From: a virus | Lineage: Duplodnaviria > Caudoviricetes | DNA length: 56,865 nt | Direction: 5' to 3' (one strand) | Virus record (IMG/VR): IMGVR_UViG_3300032304_002452 | Span: 1-56,865 of that record | Shown here: positions 1 through 9,862 of the stretch, piece after piece | Layout: each line of letters opens with the position of its first letter | How positions within the stretch are numbered: the first letter of the stretch is position 1 | Notes under the pieces: generated by a model | The model's input: only the letters and a program-made list of their open reading frames with translations | Told to the model about the DNA's origin: nothing | The model's database searches: none | Made by a program: the position numbers and the translations under genes

Positions 1-32
1 AGATATAAAGATCGTAAAATACTAAGTAGAAT

Positions 33-764
33 ATGAAATACTTAAAATTATTTGAAGAATTAAAAGCTGAAACATATAATAAGGCTGCTCTTAAATTAAA
101 AACGATGGGTCATGAAAGACGGTCTAAAGAAATATATGATTGGTCTGCTATTGTTCAAAAGAAAGAAACTTATGAAAAGTGGTCTAAATTAGGAACATTT
201 GGAATGTCTTTCTATCAAACAAAATGGAATTCATCTACCAGAACTTCTGAATATAAATTCTTGTTTGAAGGTCAATTTTATATTGCATTAGAAGTAGATT
301 CAGATTTTCTTTGGGAAAGGTTATCTGAAATTCAAGACAATAGTCTTTTCATCATATTCGATTTCGGTGTTTTACCGGCTAATAAAGAAACTGCTCAAAA
401 AATGTTGGAATATGATGAAATCAAAAATGATTCTTGGCAAGGTGGTTATCGGAATTCTAATTTTTCTATAAAATTATCTGAAAGGGGGTATGAGATATTA
501 CCAAAAGCTGAGTCGTATTTTGAACCATTTTATTTTTTAACACACTTACCGACTAATAGAAGAGAAGCTCTTAAATTTCATCGTTTATTAGTTAATTTAT
601 TTGAGCAAAAGATTGAACTTCCAGTTAATTGGGGTAAAATTGCAAAAGCTAAAGACATGATAGAAGAAGAACCAACAATTATAGGAACTGGAGATATGGA
701 AATATGGAGTAGAATTACTAATTCAGTAAAGAATATGCCTCTAAATTATCTTTATCGAGATTAA
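33..764 (+). CDS. Hypothetical protein with N-terminal MKYLKLFEE tag (putative internal head protein)
   Basis: 243 aa ORF; N-terminus shared with many ORFs in the window. Confidence 0.7.
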   Translation: MKYLKLFEELKAETYNKAALKLKTMGHERRSKEIYDWSAIVQKKETYEKWSKLGTFGMSFYQTKWNSSTRTSEYKFLFEGQFYIALEVDSDFLWERLSEIQDNSLFIIFDFGVLPANKETAQKMLEYDEIKNDSWQGGYRNSNFSIKLSERGYEILPKAESYFEPFYFLTHLPTNRREALKFHRLLVNLFEQKIELPVNWGKIAKAKDMIEEEPTIIGTGDMEIWSRITNSVKNMPLNYLYRD

Positions 765-807
765 ATATCATTATTTTAAAATAATATATAAAAAAAAGAA
801 AAAATGT

Positions 808-1017
808 ATGCAACATTTAGAATCATATAATGGATTTTCAGAGACAATGATGATTGTTGAAGGAAAAAATAAACCCACAAACCCTGAATTGTGGGCTGCT
901 TGCACTGCTTGGGCTAAATCAAAATATGATGTTTGGCCATCAGCCTATGCTTGTGGAGCGGCTGCCAAAAGATATAAGTCTAAAGGTGGTAAGTGGAAAA
1001 AAAAGAAGAAAAAATAA
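808..1017 (+). CDS. Small basic phage protein (WPSAYA motif), tagged N-terminus
   Basis: 69 aa; MQHLESYNGFSE start; Lys-rich end; preceded by TAATATATA; TAATG overlap with the next gene. Confidence 0.65.
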   Translation: MQHLESYNGFSETMMIVEGKNKPTNPELWAACTAWAKSKYDVWPSAYACGAAAKRYKSKGGKWKKKKKK

Positions 1018-1328
1018 TGGAACATTTATTAGAATTTGCTGAATTTATTCTTGAGGAAGAGAAGAAAAAACCTTATGCTGGAGCTAAAGGTGGTTTAGAT
1101 AAATGGTTCAAAGAGAAATGGGTTGATATATCTAAAACAAATCCAGATGGTTCACATCCACCATGTGGTAGAAGTGATACAAGTAAAGGTGGTTATCCTA
1201 AATGTCGGAAGGTAAGAGTGGCTGCTAAAATGACAAAAAAACAGAAAAAAGCATCAGTGGCAAGAAAGAGAAAAGTTGAAAAGACAGGGTCGAAGGGTTC
1301 TGGAAGAAAACCAAATTATGCTAAATAA
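1017..1328 (+). CDS. Small basic phage protein (GGLxKWFKEKW..PCGR..YPKC; DUF5872-like)
   Basis: Likely true start is ATG 1017 (TAATG coupling), giving MEHLLEFAEFILEE; very basic C-terminal half. Confidence 0.6.
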   Translation: MEHLLEFAEFILEEEKKKPYAGAKGGLDKWFKEKWVDISKTNPDGSHPPCGRSDTSKGGYPKCRKVRVAAKMTKKQKKASVARKRKVEKTGSKGSGRKPNYAK

Positions 1329-1331
1329 AAT

Positions 1332-1946
1332 ATGAAATATTTAAAACTATTTGAGGAATATAGAGGTGATTTTAAGAATGAATATCACTTAGACGATTTC
1401 TATTTTAAAGTTGAGAATGGTGGTCCTTCTCAAAATGCCGGTGGTACTGAAATTGGTGATATAACTTTTAAATTCTTGAAGGATGGTGAAGAAGTTTTTA
1501 TTGATTTCGAAGTATTTCAAATGGCTTCCGGAGACTCAGGAGCGACTTGTGAAGATGAAATTACAGCAAAGGAATTAGGTATTGAATTAGATGGTAGAGG
1601 TAGAGTGCTAGATGAGTCTTTATTAGATGAAATTATGGATTCTTACGCTTCTGGTGGAGGTGGTAGTGAGTGGAATGATATGGAATATGAAGTAGAAGAT
1701 GTTTCACCAAGAGGTGTAATTGAAGAAGGTTGGTTATTAATAACAATTTATAAAGATGATAAAGAGGAAGAAGTCCAATTTGATATAAGACAAGAAGCTT
1801 TTGGTGTTAATAGGACTGATGAAGTAGAATTTCAGTACGATAATGATATAGAAAAGTTAAGAGAATTAGGAATTGAATTTAATGAGGATTTTCAGAATGA
1901 ACTACTTCAAGCTTATGATGATTACTCAAACTTTATAAGACCGTAA
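1332..1946 (+). CDS. Acidic hypothetical protein with MKYLKLFEE tag
   Basis: 204 aa ORF; first 9 aa identical to ORF 33..764. Confidence 0.7.
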   Translation: MKYLKLFEEYRGDFKNEYHLDDFYFKVENGGPSQNAGGTEIGDITFKFLKDGEEVFIDFEVFQMASGDSGATCEDEITAKELGIELDGRGRVLDESLLDEIMDSYASGGGGSEWNDMEYEVEDVSPRGVIEEGWLLITIYKDDKEEEVQFDIRQEAFGVNRTDEVEFQYDNDIEKLRELGIEFNEDFQNELLQAYDDYSNFIRP

Positions 1947-1947
1947 T

Positions 1948-2196
1948 ATGAAATATTTAAAACTATTTGAAAATTTTGAAACCGAAAAGAAATTTAGTGT
2001 TTCTTTTGAAACTAGATTTTATCCAGATGTTGTAAGTGGGTTGAAAAATTACAATATTAGATTTGAAGAAAAGTAAAATTTATATTTAAATTTAAAAAAA
2101 CAGACTGAGATCATCGCCTGGTCAGAAAATGGATTCAATATAATTCGAGCTATTCCGGCTTGGGTAAAACATCTACAAGTATATAGAGAAAAATAA
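1948..2196 (+). pseudogene. Tagged ORF (MKYLKLFENF) with in-frame TAA at 2074-2076
   Basis: Hand translation: 42 aa, TAA, then 39 more sense codons ending at the terminator. Confidence 0.5.
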
Positions 2197-2219
2197 AAGA
2201 CACCTGAGGTGTCTTTTTT
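2195..2219. terminator. Bidirectional intrinsic terminator
   Basis: aaaagacacc-tga-ggtgtctttt between convergent genes. Confidence 0.75.
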
Positions 2220-2742
2220 AGTAAGTGAAATCTTGTACGAAATAGGTTTGGTTGTTATAAAAAAACTTTTTAACTGCTACCTTTTTGACTTTGGGATTCA
2301 TCAAATTGACTCTGTGTTCTTTTGTAGTATAACCAGCATCAATCAATAAAAGAGCCATTCCGTAAGTAATATCAGAATTAGAAATGACAAGGTTTTCAGT
2401 GCCGTTAGTATTCAAATGAGTGTGTTCACCAACGAAATTGAAATTAGTCAATTTGTTGTAAAATTCTTTATCGAAAGTCAAAGTATCGACTGGCTTAGCT
2501 GTTTTCAAGAAATTGATAGTTTCGTCACATTCTTTTACCCAATCTACGGTAGATTTCCGAGTAACAGTAAATCCACCAATAGTAGTAGTTTTCATTTTCT
2601 TGAAATCTTCAATTACTTTGATATATGAGCTTGGATTAGAACGAATTTTGTTGATTTCAATCATCATCAATTTCTCATCAGTTGTTTGAGAGAAAACGGT
2701 AAGAGTTAGAAACATCAAAAAGAATATGTTCATCATTTTCAT
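2218..2742 (-). CDS. Secreted CAP/SCP-domain protein
   Basis: Signal peptide ending VFSQ; EINKIRSNP, ENL and LLIDAG...HRVNLMNP motifs of CAP domains. Confidence 0.6.
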   Translation of the reverse strand: MKMMNIFFLMFLTLTVFSQTTDEKLMMIEINKIRSNPSSYIKVIEDFKKMKTTTIGGFTVTRKSTVDWVKECDETINFLKTAKPVDTLTFDKEFYNKLTNFNFVGEHTHLNTNGTENLVISNSDITYGMALLLIDAGYTTKEHRVNLMNPKVKKVAVKKFFYNNQTYFVQDFTY

Positions 2743-2746
2743 ATCA

Positions 2747-2754
2747 CAAATATA
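2747..2754 (-). promoter_or_regulatory. Bacteroidetes-type -7 promoter box TATATTTG
   Basis: Matches TAnnTTTG immediately upstream of the CAP gene. Confidence 0.55.
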
Positions 2755-2775
2755 CTAAGAAAAATGATAAAAACA

Positions 2776-2808
2776 AAAAATCCTCGAAAATTATTTTCGA
2801 GGATTTTT
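2776..2808 (-). terminator. Intrinsic terminator
   Basis: aaaaatcctcgaaaat-t-attttcgaggattttt inverted repeat after ORF 2811..3899. Confidence 0.7.
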
Positions 2809-2810
2809 AT

Positions 2811-3899
2811 TTATCCTATTTTCATTTTACAATCAGTTCTTCCAAAATTTTTCGTACCAGTTTTGGCTTTCTTTGGAGGTCCTTTTTTGATAGGTGGAAT
2901 CTCTATTTCAACACTTTTAGCTTTTGTCATTTTAAAAGATTGAATAAGAACATCTTCTTCACCAGTTATCACAATTTCAGGAGCTTGTACATCTTCATTT
3001 ATCTGAGTACAAATGATTGAAATTTTAACATATCTTGCACTTGGATCCTGTTCTGCTACCGCATTATCTTCACCCTTTCCTTGATCATGTAAAATAGTTT
3101 GTCTAATAAGTGGATTCTCTGAACCAGATTCGGAGAATATATTCTCAATTACATTTTTTACCTCATTATTTCTAGCTTCAGACAATCCTTTATTAGTAGC
3201 TTCAAATCCATCTGCTTTTAATTTTGAAGCGGCTCCACCGATTCTTTGTTTATCAGTAGATGATTCAATATTTATTGAAACAACAGATAGACCATTTTCA
3301 TTTAACTGTTGAAAAACTGATTTTAGGGAATCTTCAAACTGTGGAGTCAATTGATATAAACCGGCCGCAAACAACTCATCATTTGACCAGTTAATATCTA
3401 ATGTATCAACGGTGAATTTAGTATCTGCGTAGATTGTATCTTTTTCAATTTTATTAATTGTCTTTTTAGTTGTTATTTCTGAGATGGCCCAACCATTTTT
3501 TAACATGCTAGCCAATTTCTTATAATCGTTTGATTTTACTGTGACTGTATTTGAAGTTTTGAGTACCTTTTTAAGTTCAATTTTAACATCTTCAGCGTTA
3601 TTTTGAATTATGTTAGCAGCATCTTTCATTCCTCTTGCCTCTAACGAATCAATGGCTGTTTTTAACTGTTGTTCATCATTCAAAACTAATTCTATTTTGT
3701 TAGAAATTTCTTTATCAGATAGTTTATTTTGTGCTGATGCTGGACTTACACTACCTCCAACAACACCTGCTAAAAGAGCAAGTCCCATTAGGACATCTTT
3801 GAATCCTGCTTCTTCATTAATTAGAGATTCTTCTAATCTTTGTAAGTACTCAATTTGTGCCTTCTCGACAATGAATTGATTATAACGATTAATCTTCAT
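2811..3899 (-). CDS. Tagged protein with internal signal-peptide-like segment and OmpA-C-like domain
   Basis: MKINRYNQFIVE tag; hydrophobic segment ending ASAQ at aa ~36-57; FAAGLYQL..IESSTD..NKGLSEARNNEV resembles the OmpA-C signature. Confidence 0.5.
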   Translation of the reverse strand: MKINRYNQFIVEKAQIEYLQRLEESLINEEAGFKDVLMGLALLAGVVGGSVSPASAQNKLSDKEISNKIELVLNDEQQLKTAIDSLEARGMKDAANIIQNNAEDVKIELKKVLKTSNTVTVKSNDYKKLASMLKNGWAISEITTKKTINKIEKDTIYADTKFTVDTLDINWSNDELFAAGLYQLTPQFEDSLKSVFQQLNENGLSVVSINIESSTDKQRIGGAASKLKADGFEATNKGLSEARNNEVKNVIENIFSESGSENPLIRQTILHDQGKGEDNAVAEQDPSARYVKISIICTQINEDVQAPEIVITGEEDVLIQSFKMTKAKSVEIEIPPIKKGPPKKAKTGTKNFGRTDCKMKIG

Positions 3900-3944
3900 A
3901 CTACTATGGATATATTTTGTAGTATATATATTAAAAGAAAAATG

Positions 3945-4694
3945 TCAATTTAGTAAAATATTTAATCTATCTTCTCGATTTGGTAAAATATCTTCTTCTT
4001 TGAGTATTGAAATTCCGTCAAAAATTATGACTTCTGATGTAATACTGTTTTCTATTTTAGAAACTTTGTAAGAAATAGTGTTATCTTGTTGAATTGAAAA
4101 ATCTAGAATCATATAATTTCCCGACCTATCTTCTTTAGTAGAAACTATTTCATTAACTTGAAATTTAGTTTTACAGATTTCTTTACCATCTTCATCATAA
4201 TCAAAGTAATTAGAGATTATTTCAACAGCGCTTTCAACTGAATTAACAAAATGAATAATGTCAAACAAATTACAACTTAATTTACAATTGTTTTGTATAT
4301 AATCAACATTGTGAATTTTTATATCTGACTTCTCGATTGTAAAATCTGAAAGATTTTTTTTACAAATCAAAGATTCAGTTAGAGCATACGTTGATTTTGT
4401 CTTGTAATTAAAGATGGTTCCGGATTTTAAAATGGTTTGTAATAAATCATAAAACCTCTTGGCGCATTTTTTAGAAACGGAAAAGTTGAAAAGGTAACCT
4501 ATCTCTGGAACATTATAAATAGGAGTAGGCGCTGTCCTGGGAAATCCCTGATATCCAGAATAACTATTCTCAGATTTCCAAAATGTAATTACATCAGTAG
4601 TAGACCATGTATCATTACTTAATGATAATGAAAGATTGAATTTTTTCAACCTTTCATTCCATTTATCTAAATATTTCTTATCAAATGTTCTCAT
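3945..4694 (-). CDS. Hypothetical protein, last gene of the NAD salvage operon
   Basis: 249 aa; translationally coupled to NAMPT; ends REDRLNILLN. Confidence 0.65.
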   Translation of the reverse strand: MRTFDKKYLDKWNERLKKFNLSLSLSNDTWSTTDVITFWKSENSYSGYQGFPRTAPTPIYNVPEIGYLFNFSVSKKCAKRFYDLLQTILKSGTIFNYKTKSTYALTESLICKKNLSDFTIEKSDIKIHNVDYIQNNCKLSCNLFDIIHFVNSVESAVEIISNYFDYDEDGKEICKTKFQVNEIVSTKEDRSGNYMILDFSIQQDNTISYKVSKIENSITSEVIIFDGISILKEEDILPNREDRLNILLN

Positions 4695-6151
4695 TAAACC
4701 ATTTCGAGTTCTTCAACATCAAAATTGATTTCAGCTCTTTGACGAATTTCTTGGAAATTATAGTCAACTAAAAGATGTCCATTTTCAAATACTTTCACCA
4801 TCACATCACCTTCATCATCCTTAGCCTTTTGAATTGTTTCAAAACCATTATCAGTTTGAACCAATTTCAAATGTCCTTTTTTAGAAGTTTTGAATGATTG
4901 AACGATGTTTCCATATTTATCCACTTCAAGTGGATGTTTTTGAACATCACGTTCTTCACCATTTATGGTGATTGAACAACATTTGAAGGCGAATTTTTGA
5001 GTATCTCGGTCAACTTTTTGAAGAAGAGCGCCACCCATACCAAACACAATATTTTCAGCTGAGAATCCTTCTTCTACCATCATATCTAAGATTTCAATGA
5101 TAGATTCATAATTAACACCATCACCTTGTATTACACGAATATGGTCGTCAATTACTTTGAAACCTTTTGAGTTAGTACGTCCTCCGAATTTATCCCAAAG
5201 TATATTGAATACTTTTTTCAAGGTTTGAACAGGATCTCCACTATCAGGACGAATTACAAGACGACCATTTAAGTTAAGAACTTTTTCACGAAGTTGACCA
5301 CCCCACAATTCTTCACAAGCCCTTAGAATATTATAAGAGTCAGATACACAAGCTCTTATTCCTGTTGGGTAAGCATCTAACATATTTTCATATGCTTTTA
5401 CTTCATTTTCTTCTCCCCAAGAAGTGATAGTTGAGTGTTCAGAAGCTGGAATAGAAAAAGCCAACATTTCATCTGTGTTGTAAATCTCTTGAGCTAGAAG
5501 AATAGCTGTTGCTGTATCAGTACCACGGAAGTTTACCAAGTGAGCTAAACCGCCAATGCCTGAACTTTCAACAGATGATACGCCACGGAATCCAAAATCA
5601 TGTAACATACAGTTCACAATTCCGGTGATTTGTTCTTTATTATAGTCAGTGGTTTTCTTCAAGTATTTGATAAATACTTTTTTAATTTCACGAGAAAGAG
5701 TTCCCACGGTAATAGGATACCAAACTTGCAGTAAAATCGATTCAAGATAGTTAGTCAACCAACGAGTAGGTTCACCACCATTGTTGTGAATATAAACGAG
5801 TACATTTCCCGTTGGTACAACCGTACCTTCTGGTACAGCTTTGATAGTTACAGGAAGATAACCATCATATTTTTCAAGGATATATCTCCAACCAGATTCG
5901 TTGAAGTGTCCGGGTCCTAAGTGAGCATCCCAGAATTTTTTAGCTTTTTGAATTTTTTCTTCGGTTACAACTTGACCAGTTAGGTAAGTTTTCAAAATGT
6001 AGTTAAGACCGATTACGAGTGTTTCTTTAAACATACCACCACGAGATTCGAGGTAAGATGTTACTGTGTCTGTTCCTTGTGGATATTGTGGCCAGTGAGT
6101 TACTTTGTAACTATCAGACAACATTAGGATGTTATTAAAAATTGTATTCAT
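4694..6151 (-). CDS. nadV: Nicotinamide phosphoribosyltransferase (NAMPT)
   Basis: DSYKVTH, LHDFGFRG, PASEHS, VSDSY, RPDSGDP, IQGDG, FGMGGALLQ..RDT motifs. Confidence 0.95.
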   Translation of the reverse strand: MNTIFNNILMLSDSYKVTHWPQYPQGTDTVTSYLESRGGMFKETLVIGLNYILKTYLTGQVVTEEKIQKAKKFWDAHLGPGHFNESGWRYILEKYDGYLPVTIKAVPEGTVVPTGNVLVYIHNNGGEPTRWLTNYLESILLQVWYPITVGTLSREIKKVFIKYLKKTTDYNKEQITGIVNCMLHDFGFRGVSSVESSGIGGLAHLVNFRGTDTATAILLAQEIYNTDEMLAFSIPASEHSTITSWGEENEVKAYENMLDAYPTGIRACVSDSYNILRACEELWGGQLREKVLNLNGRLVIRPDSGDPVQTLKKVFNILWDKFGGRTNSKGFKVIDDHIRVIQGDGVNYESIIEILDMMVEEGFSAENIVFGMGGALLQKVDRDTQKFAFKCCSITINGEERDVQKHPLEVDKYGNIVQSFKTSKKGHLKLVQTDNGFETIQKAKDDEGDVMVKVFENGHLLVDYNFQEIRQRAEINFDVEELEMV

Positions 6152-6161
6152 AAATGTTGAT

Positions 6162-7073
6162 TTATTTTTGTGATGTAAATATACTAAATAATTTTTGGTG
6201 TTCCACCATAAACATTTCTGATTTTAACTCAGAAATATCAAACCATTTCAACTCTTGAATATCATCAGAAGGTTGAATTGGTCCCCAAAGATGTTTACAA
6301 GTGAAAAGTGTGGTCATTATTTTATCATCTTCTCCACGAAATCTCCAATCTTGTATTTGACAAGATGTTACATATTTGTAATCTCCTGATTCTGAATTAG
6401 AACCAGTTTCTTTCATATAAACTCTACGAGCGGCTGATTGAACTGATTCATCTTCTGGTTTAACAAATCCTCCGATAAATCTCCATTTAGATTCATCATA
6501 TTTCTTAGCGAGAAGAACTTTTGTTTCATCTGCATTGAGAGGTGCTATATCAACCGTTGGTATAACACGAGGATAAAGATTATAAGTATGATAGATAACA
6601 CCTGAACGAAAATCTTTTGAGTTTTTAACTTCTTCTGAGATTAATTTTCTAATGTCGGTTCCAGCCCAAGTTCCAAGTGGTTCTAATTCTTTAGTTTTAA
6701 ATTTACCGCCACCATTTAAGTAGTGTGGAATAAATGAATCTCGGCTACCATACATAAGAACTTCACCATGAGGATAAACTTCACGAATTCGTTTATCTAA
6801 TTCTTGAGCCCAACGGTTATTATCAGATTGGTCTTGAATGGCTAAGATGATAGAATCTGGATAATGGGTTTGAACCATCTTTTTACGGGTATCAAAATCG
6901 AGAGGATTTTTCTTAGTTCCAACAAACCGTGGAACTCCCAGGAAGATAATTGTTTTTTTGTGATTTCCGGTTACTTGTTTAATAACGTAGTGGTGACCTT
7001 CGTGTAATTCGTGAACTTGGAATCTCGCGATTGCTACACCGATTGAGTATTTAGAAGGATCTATATTATCCAT
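6162..7073 (-). CDS. nadM: Bifunctional NMN adenylyltransferase / Nudix domain (NadM-Nudix, NatV-like)
   Basis: ARFQ..LHEGH (HxGH), NPL, GTDIRK; C-terminal Nudix fold with GGFV..E...ETG. Confidence 0.85.
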   Translation of the reverse strand: MDNIDPSKYSIGVAIARFQVHELHEGHHYVIKQVTGNHKKTIIFLGVPRFVGTKKNPLDFDTRKKMVQTHYPDSIILAIQDQSDNNRWAQELDKRIREVYPHGEVLMYGSRDSFIPHYLNGGGKFKTKELEPLGTWAGTDIRKLISEEVKNSKDFRSGVIYHTYNLYPRVIPTVDIAPLNADETKVLLAKKYDESKWRFIGGFVKPEDESVQSAARRVYMKETGSNSESGDYKYVTSCQIQDWRFRGEDDKIMTTLFTCKHLWGPIQPSDDIQELKWFDISELKSEMFMVEHQKLFSIFTSQK

Positions 7074-7093
7074 AACTTTTTATTTTTCACTTA

Positions 7094-7101
7094 CAAATAT
7101 A
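7094..7101 (-). promoter_or_regulatory. Bacteroidetes-type -7 promoter box TATATTTG
   Basis: TAnnTTTG ~20 nt upstream of the nadM start. Confidence 0.6.
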
Positions 7102-7106
7102 CAACA

Positions 7107-7418
7107 TTAAATCATTCTCTCCAAAGTTTCTCTCAAATATTTTTCAATTTCTCTGGCTTTTCTACGAGTTGTTTTGACATCTAATTGTAAACGATATTCT
7201 TTAACTGAATCTTCATCTTCTAACTCAGTTAGAGTGACTTCAATTGTTTCTTTTATTTTAATAGAATCTTTAATTTGATTGAATGGTAGTTCTAATTGAC
7301 CAAAACAGGTATTCATAATTAGAGCGTCGTTCTCATTCAACAATTCAATTTCTTCTCCTTTGTTTAAGATTACAGTATCAATTACTTTAATGTCTTTTAT
7401 AATTTGATATTTTGGCAT
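7107..7418 (-). CDS. Hypothetical protein
   Basis: 103 aa ORF filling the gap, divergent from 7435. Confidence 0.6.
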   Translation of the reverse strand: MPKYQIIKDIKVIDTVILNKGEEIELLNENDALIMNTCFGQLELPFNQIKDSIKIKETIEVTLTELEDEDSVKEYRLQLDVKTTRRKAREIEKYLRETLERMI

Positions 7419-7434
7419 ATAATTTTAATATATA

Positions 7435-8664
7435 ATGGATATGATAAAGGGATATAAAAGTTTTTTAATTTTAGAAAAATTAAAAGAATTGCAGATTATT
7501 CTTGAAGGAAATATTGAATTCTCTGATCTTTTCAAAGAAAAGCTTTTCGATATCAAGTCAAAGTCTAAATTGGCTGAAGAGATTTATGATCTTCAAGATA
7601 AATATTATGAAGATGATAAAGTTCTTAAAAATAATTATATTGATGTAACTGATAAGGAAGATAAAGTTACTTTTATATCTCAGGTCAAATTCGACCAGAT
7701 ACAATCTGAGTCTGACGAAGATATAGACCCCTATAAAGTTAAAGGTAGAGTTGAGATTGGAGTTGGTAGATGTGTTAGAACCCTATCAGATATAGCAAAC
7801 ATAAAGTTCACTGATAAGGAACTAGAAGACTTTGTTAATTTGTATAAATCTAAGAACATAACTGAGGGAGAAGAGTTTGATTTAGTTAGTGGTAAAGATA
7901 TTAAATATTGGTACAGTGAAGATAATTACTTCGATGGATATGGAGAAGGATCTTTATCCAATTCTTGTATGGCTGATGTTGATAAATCCTATTTTGACAT
8001 CTATTCTGACTCTAAATCTTGTCAATTATTAATTCTCACAAAAAAGATGGAGGGAAAGAAGTTATTAATTGGAAGAGCTTTAGTTTGGAATCCATCCGAA
8101 ATGAAACTAAAAGGAGATGTAGATTTTAAAGGTACTGAGTATTTTATGGATAGAATTTATTGTATGAAGGATTCTGATGAAAAGAAGTTTTTAAATTATG
8201 CTGATGAACAAGGTTGGTTAGTAAAAGCAAATAACAATTCTGATAATATTAGGGGAATGATCCTAAAATTAAGAGGTGAGACAGTCAAACTAAAAATAGT
8301 TTGTAAAGTTGAAGGGGATTGTGATGATTATCCTTATATGGACACACTTAAATACCTTTCTAAAGAAAAAGATGAGATATCAAACATTGGATTTAAAAAA
8401 GGATATCTATTAGAAGATACAGATGGTGATTTTTCTCGATGTGACGACTGTAATGGAAAAGGATCTTCAGAATGTGGTGATTGTGATAGTGGAAAGGTTT
8501 ATTGTGAAACTTGTGATGGTGATGGTGAGATCACAAAGAAAAGTGGTAAATTAAAGGATTGTAAAGATTGTAAAGGTAAGGGTGAAATAGACTGTCCTAC
8601 TTGTAAGGGTAGTGGATATTCTGGATTATGTGATGAATGTACAGGTTTAATTAAAAGACTTTAA
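7435..8664 (+). CDS. Tagged protein (SCM..GRALVW..FMDRIY family) with C-terminal DnaJ-type CxxCxGxG zinc fingers
   Basis: Paralogue of 18004..19170; six CxxC pairs at the C-terminus; start may be 7441. Confidence 0.65.
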   Translation: MDMIKGYKSFLILEKLKELQIILEGNIEFSDLFKEKLFDIKSKSKLAEEIYDLQDKYYEDDKVLKNNYIDVTDKEDKVTFISQVKFDQIQSESDEDIDPYKVKGRVEIGVGRCVRTLSDIANIKFTDKELEDFVNLYKSKNITEGEEFDLVSGKDIKYWYSEDNYFDGYGEGSLSNSCMADVDKSYFDIYSDSKSCQLLILTKKMEGKKLLIGRALVWNPSEMKLKGDVDFKGTEYFMDRIYCMKDSDEKKFLNYADEQGWLVKANNNSDNIRGMILKLRGETVKLKIVCKVEGDCDDYPYMDTLKYLSKEKDEISNIGFKKGYLLEDTDGDFSRCDDCNGKGSSECGDCDSGKVYCETCDGDGEITKKSGKLKDCKDCKGKGEIDCPTCKGSGYSGLCDECTGLIKRL

Positions 8665-9156
8665 TTATCTACCCAAATAATTAAATAACTCAATAATATT
8701 TTTAATAGTAAATTGAAGTGATTCTAGGTTCTTATTAGATTGTCTTAAAAATTCAATATAGTTTTCAATTAGTTCGATATTTCTTTGTTCTTCAGCAACA
8801 TGAGCTTCTATAAGAAGAGTTTTCTCACCCATATTAGTTTTTATTCCAAAACCTGTAGCGTACCAAATAAACTTATCTTGTTTAAGTCTTTTTAATTTGA
8901 CTTCTTGTTTAGACCTTTTATCTAAAAATACAGAAATTTGTTCGGTAATCATCTGACGATAGGAAAGAGTTAAGGATTGAGTCTCCATAATCTTTTTAGA
9001 AGTTTCAGTAGTGATTTCAAATTTTAAGATTTGATAAAGTGGTTCGATAGTTTTATTCCATTCGGATCTTTTATCTTGAAAAAATGTTTCTAATCTATCG
9101 TTAGTTTCTTTTATCTTATTAATTCTTTCAACTTCGTCTTGAGTATAAACATTCAT
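8665..9156 (-). CDS. UvsY-like recombination mediator
   Basis: 163 aa helical protein; C-terminal YIEFL..S.KNLESLQFTIKNIIEL resembles T4-like UvsY. Confidence 0.5.
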   Translation of the reverse strand: MNVYTQDEVERINKIKETNDRLETFFQDKRSEWNKTIEPLYQILKFEITTETSKKIMETQSLTLSYRQMITEQISVFLDKRSKQEVKLKRLKQDKFIWYATGFGIKTNMGEKTLLIEAHVAEEQRNIELIENYIEFLRQSNKNLESLQFTIKNIIELFNYLGR

Positions 9157-9229
9157 CTTCAGTATCGGTTTTATTTTTATAGAATTTTTTTAATTAAAAG
9201 ATTAGATATATAAAAGAAAAAAGAAAATT

Positions 9230-9826
9230 ATGTGTTATACAAAAGAACAAATTGAAAAGGCTATAAAATCAAAAGGATATGCTTGGTTTGAAGATGCTTC
9301 AAACAAAGGTTTTGATGTAAATATTGTTGGTGTAAGAAACTCAAAAACCGGTCAAACAGTTACAAATGTGTTTGATGATTGTTTAACTGTTTCTTATAAA
9401 GAAAATGGTGTTTGGAAGTTTCACTGTTGGTCGGCAACAACTGATCCAGGTAAAAAGGGTGTTATGGAATATCATAACTCGGCTGGTGTTGCAAGATTAG
9501 TTGAAGGTCAGTATAGAGGATCTCATCAATTAGGTTTACATCAAGGTAAATATGAGGCTTTAAGACAAAAATCAAATGTAAAGGTTTATCGTGATGCTAA
9601 TCGTGATATGACTTATAATGAAAATAAAGTTCAAGAGGGTATATTTGGTATTAATATTCACAAGGCTGGTGCAGATTCTACTTATGTAGAAAATTGGTCA
9701 GAAGGATGTCAAGTATTCAAAAAGGCGGCTGATTTTGAAGCATTTATGTCAATTTGTCGTAAAGCTGCTAAGATTCATGGTAATTCATTTACCTATACAT
9801 TAATCGAATCGAAAGATATTGTTTAA
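9230..9826 (+). CDS. L,D-transpeptidase-like peptidoglycan peptidase (putative endolysin)
   Basis: GINIHKAG...WSEGCQ matches the His..SxGC catalytic signature; TTDPG motif. Confidence 0.6.
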   Translation: MCYTKEQIEKAIKSKGYAWFEDASNKGFDVNIVGVRNSKTGQTVTNVFDDCLTVSYKENGVWKFHCWSATTDPGKKGVMEYHNSAGVARLVEGQYRGSHQLGLHQGKYEALRQKSNVKVYRDANRDMTYNENKVQEGIFGINIHKAGADSTYVENWSEGCQVFKKAADFEAFMSICRKAAKIHGNSFTYTLIESKDIV

Positions 9827-9862
9827 TCAATTTAATATATAAATAAAATTAATTTAAAAAAA

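Noticed and set aside
4694-7073. NARP1 pathway (Adps + Namat)
   Set aside because: No PRPP-synthetase-like gene here; the partner is an NMNAT.
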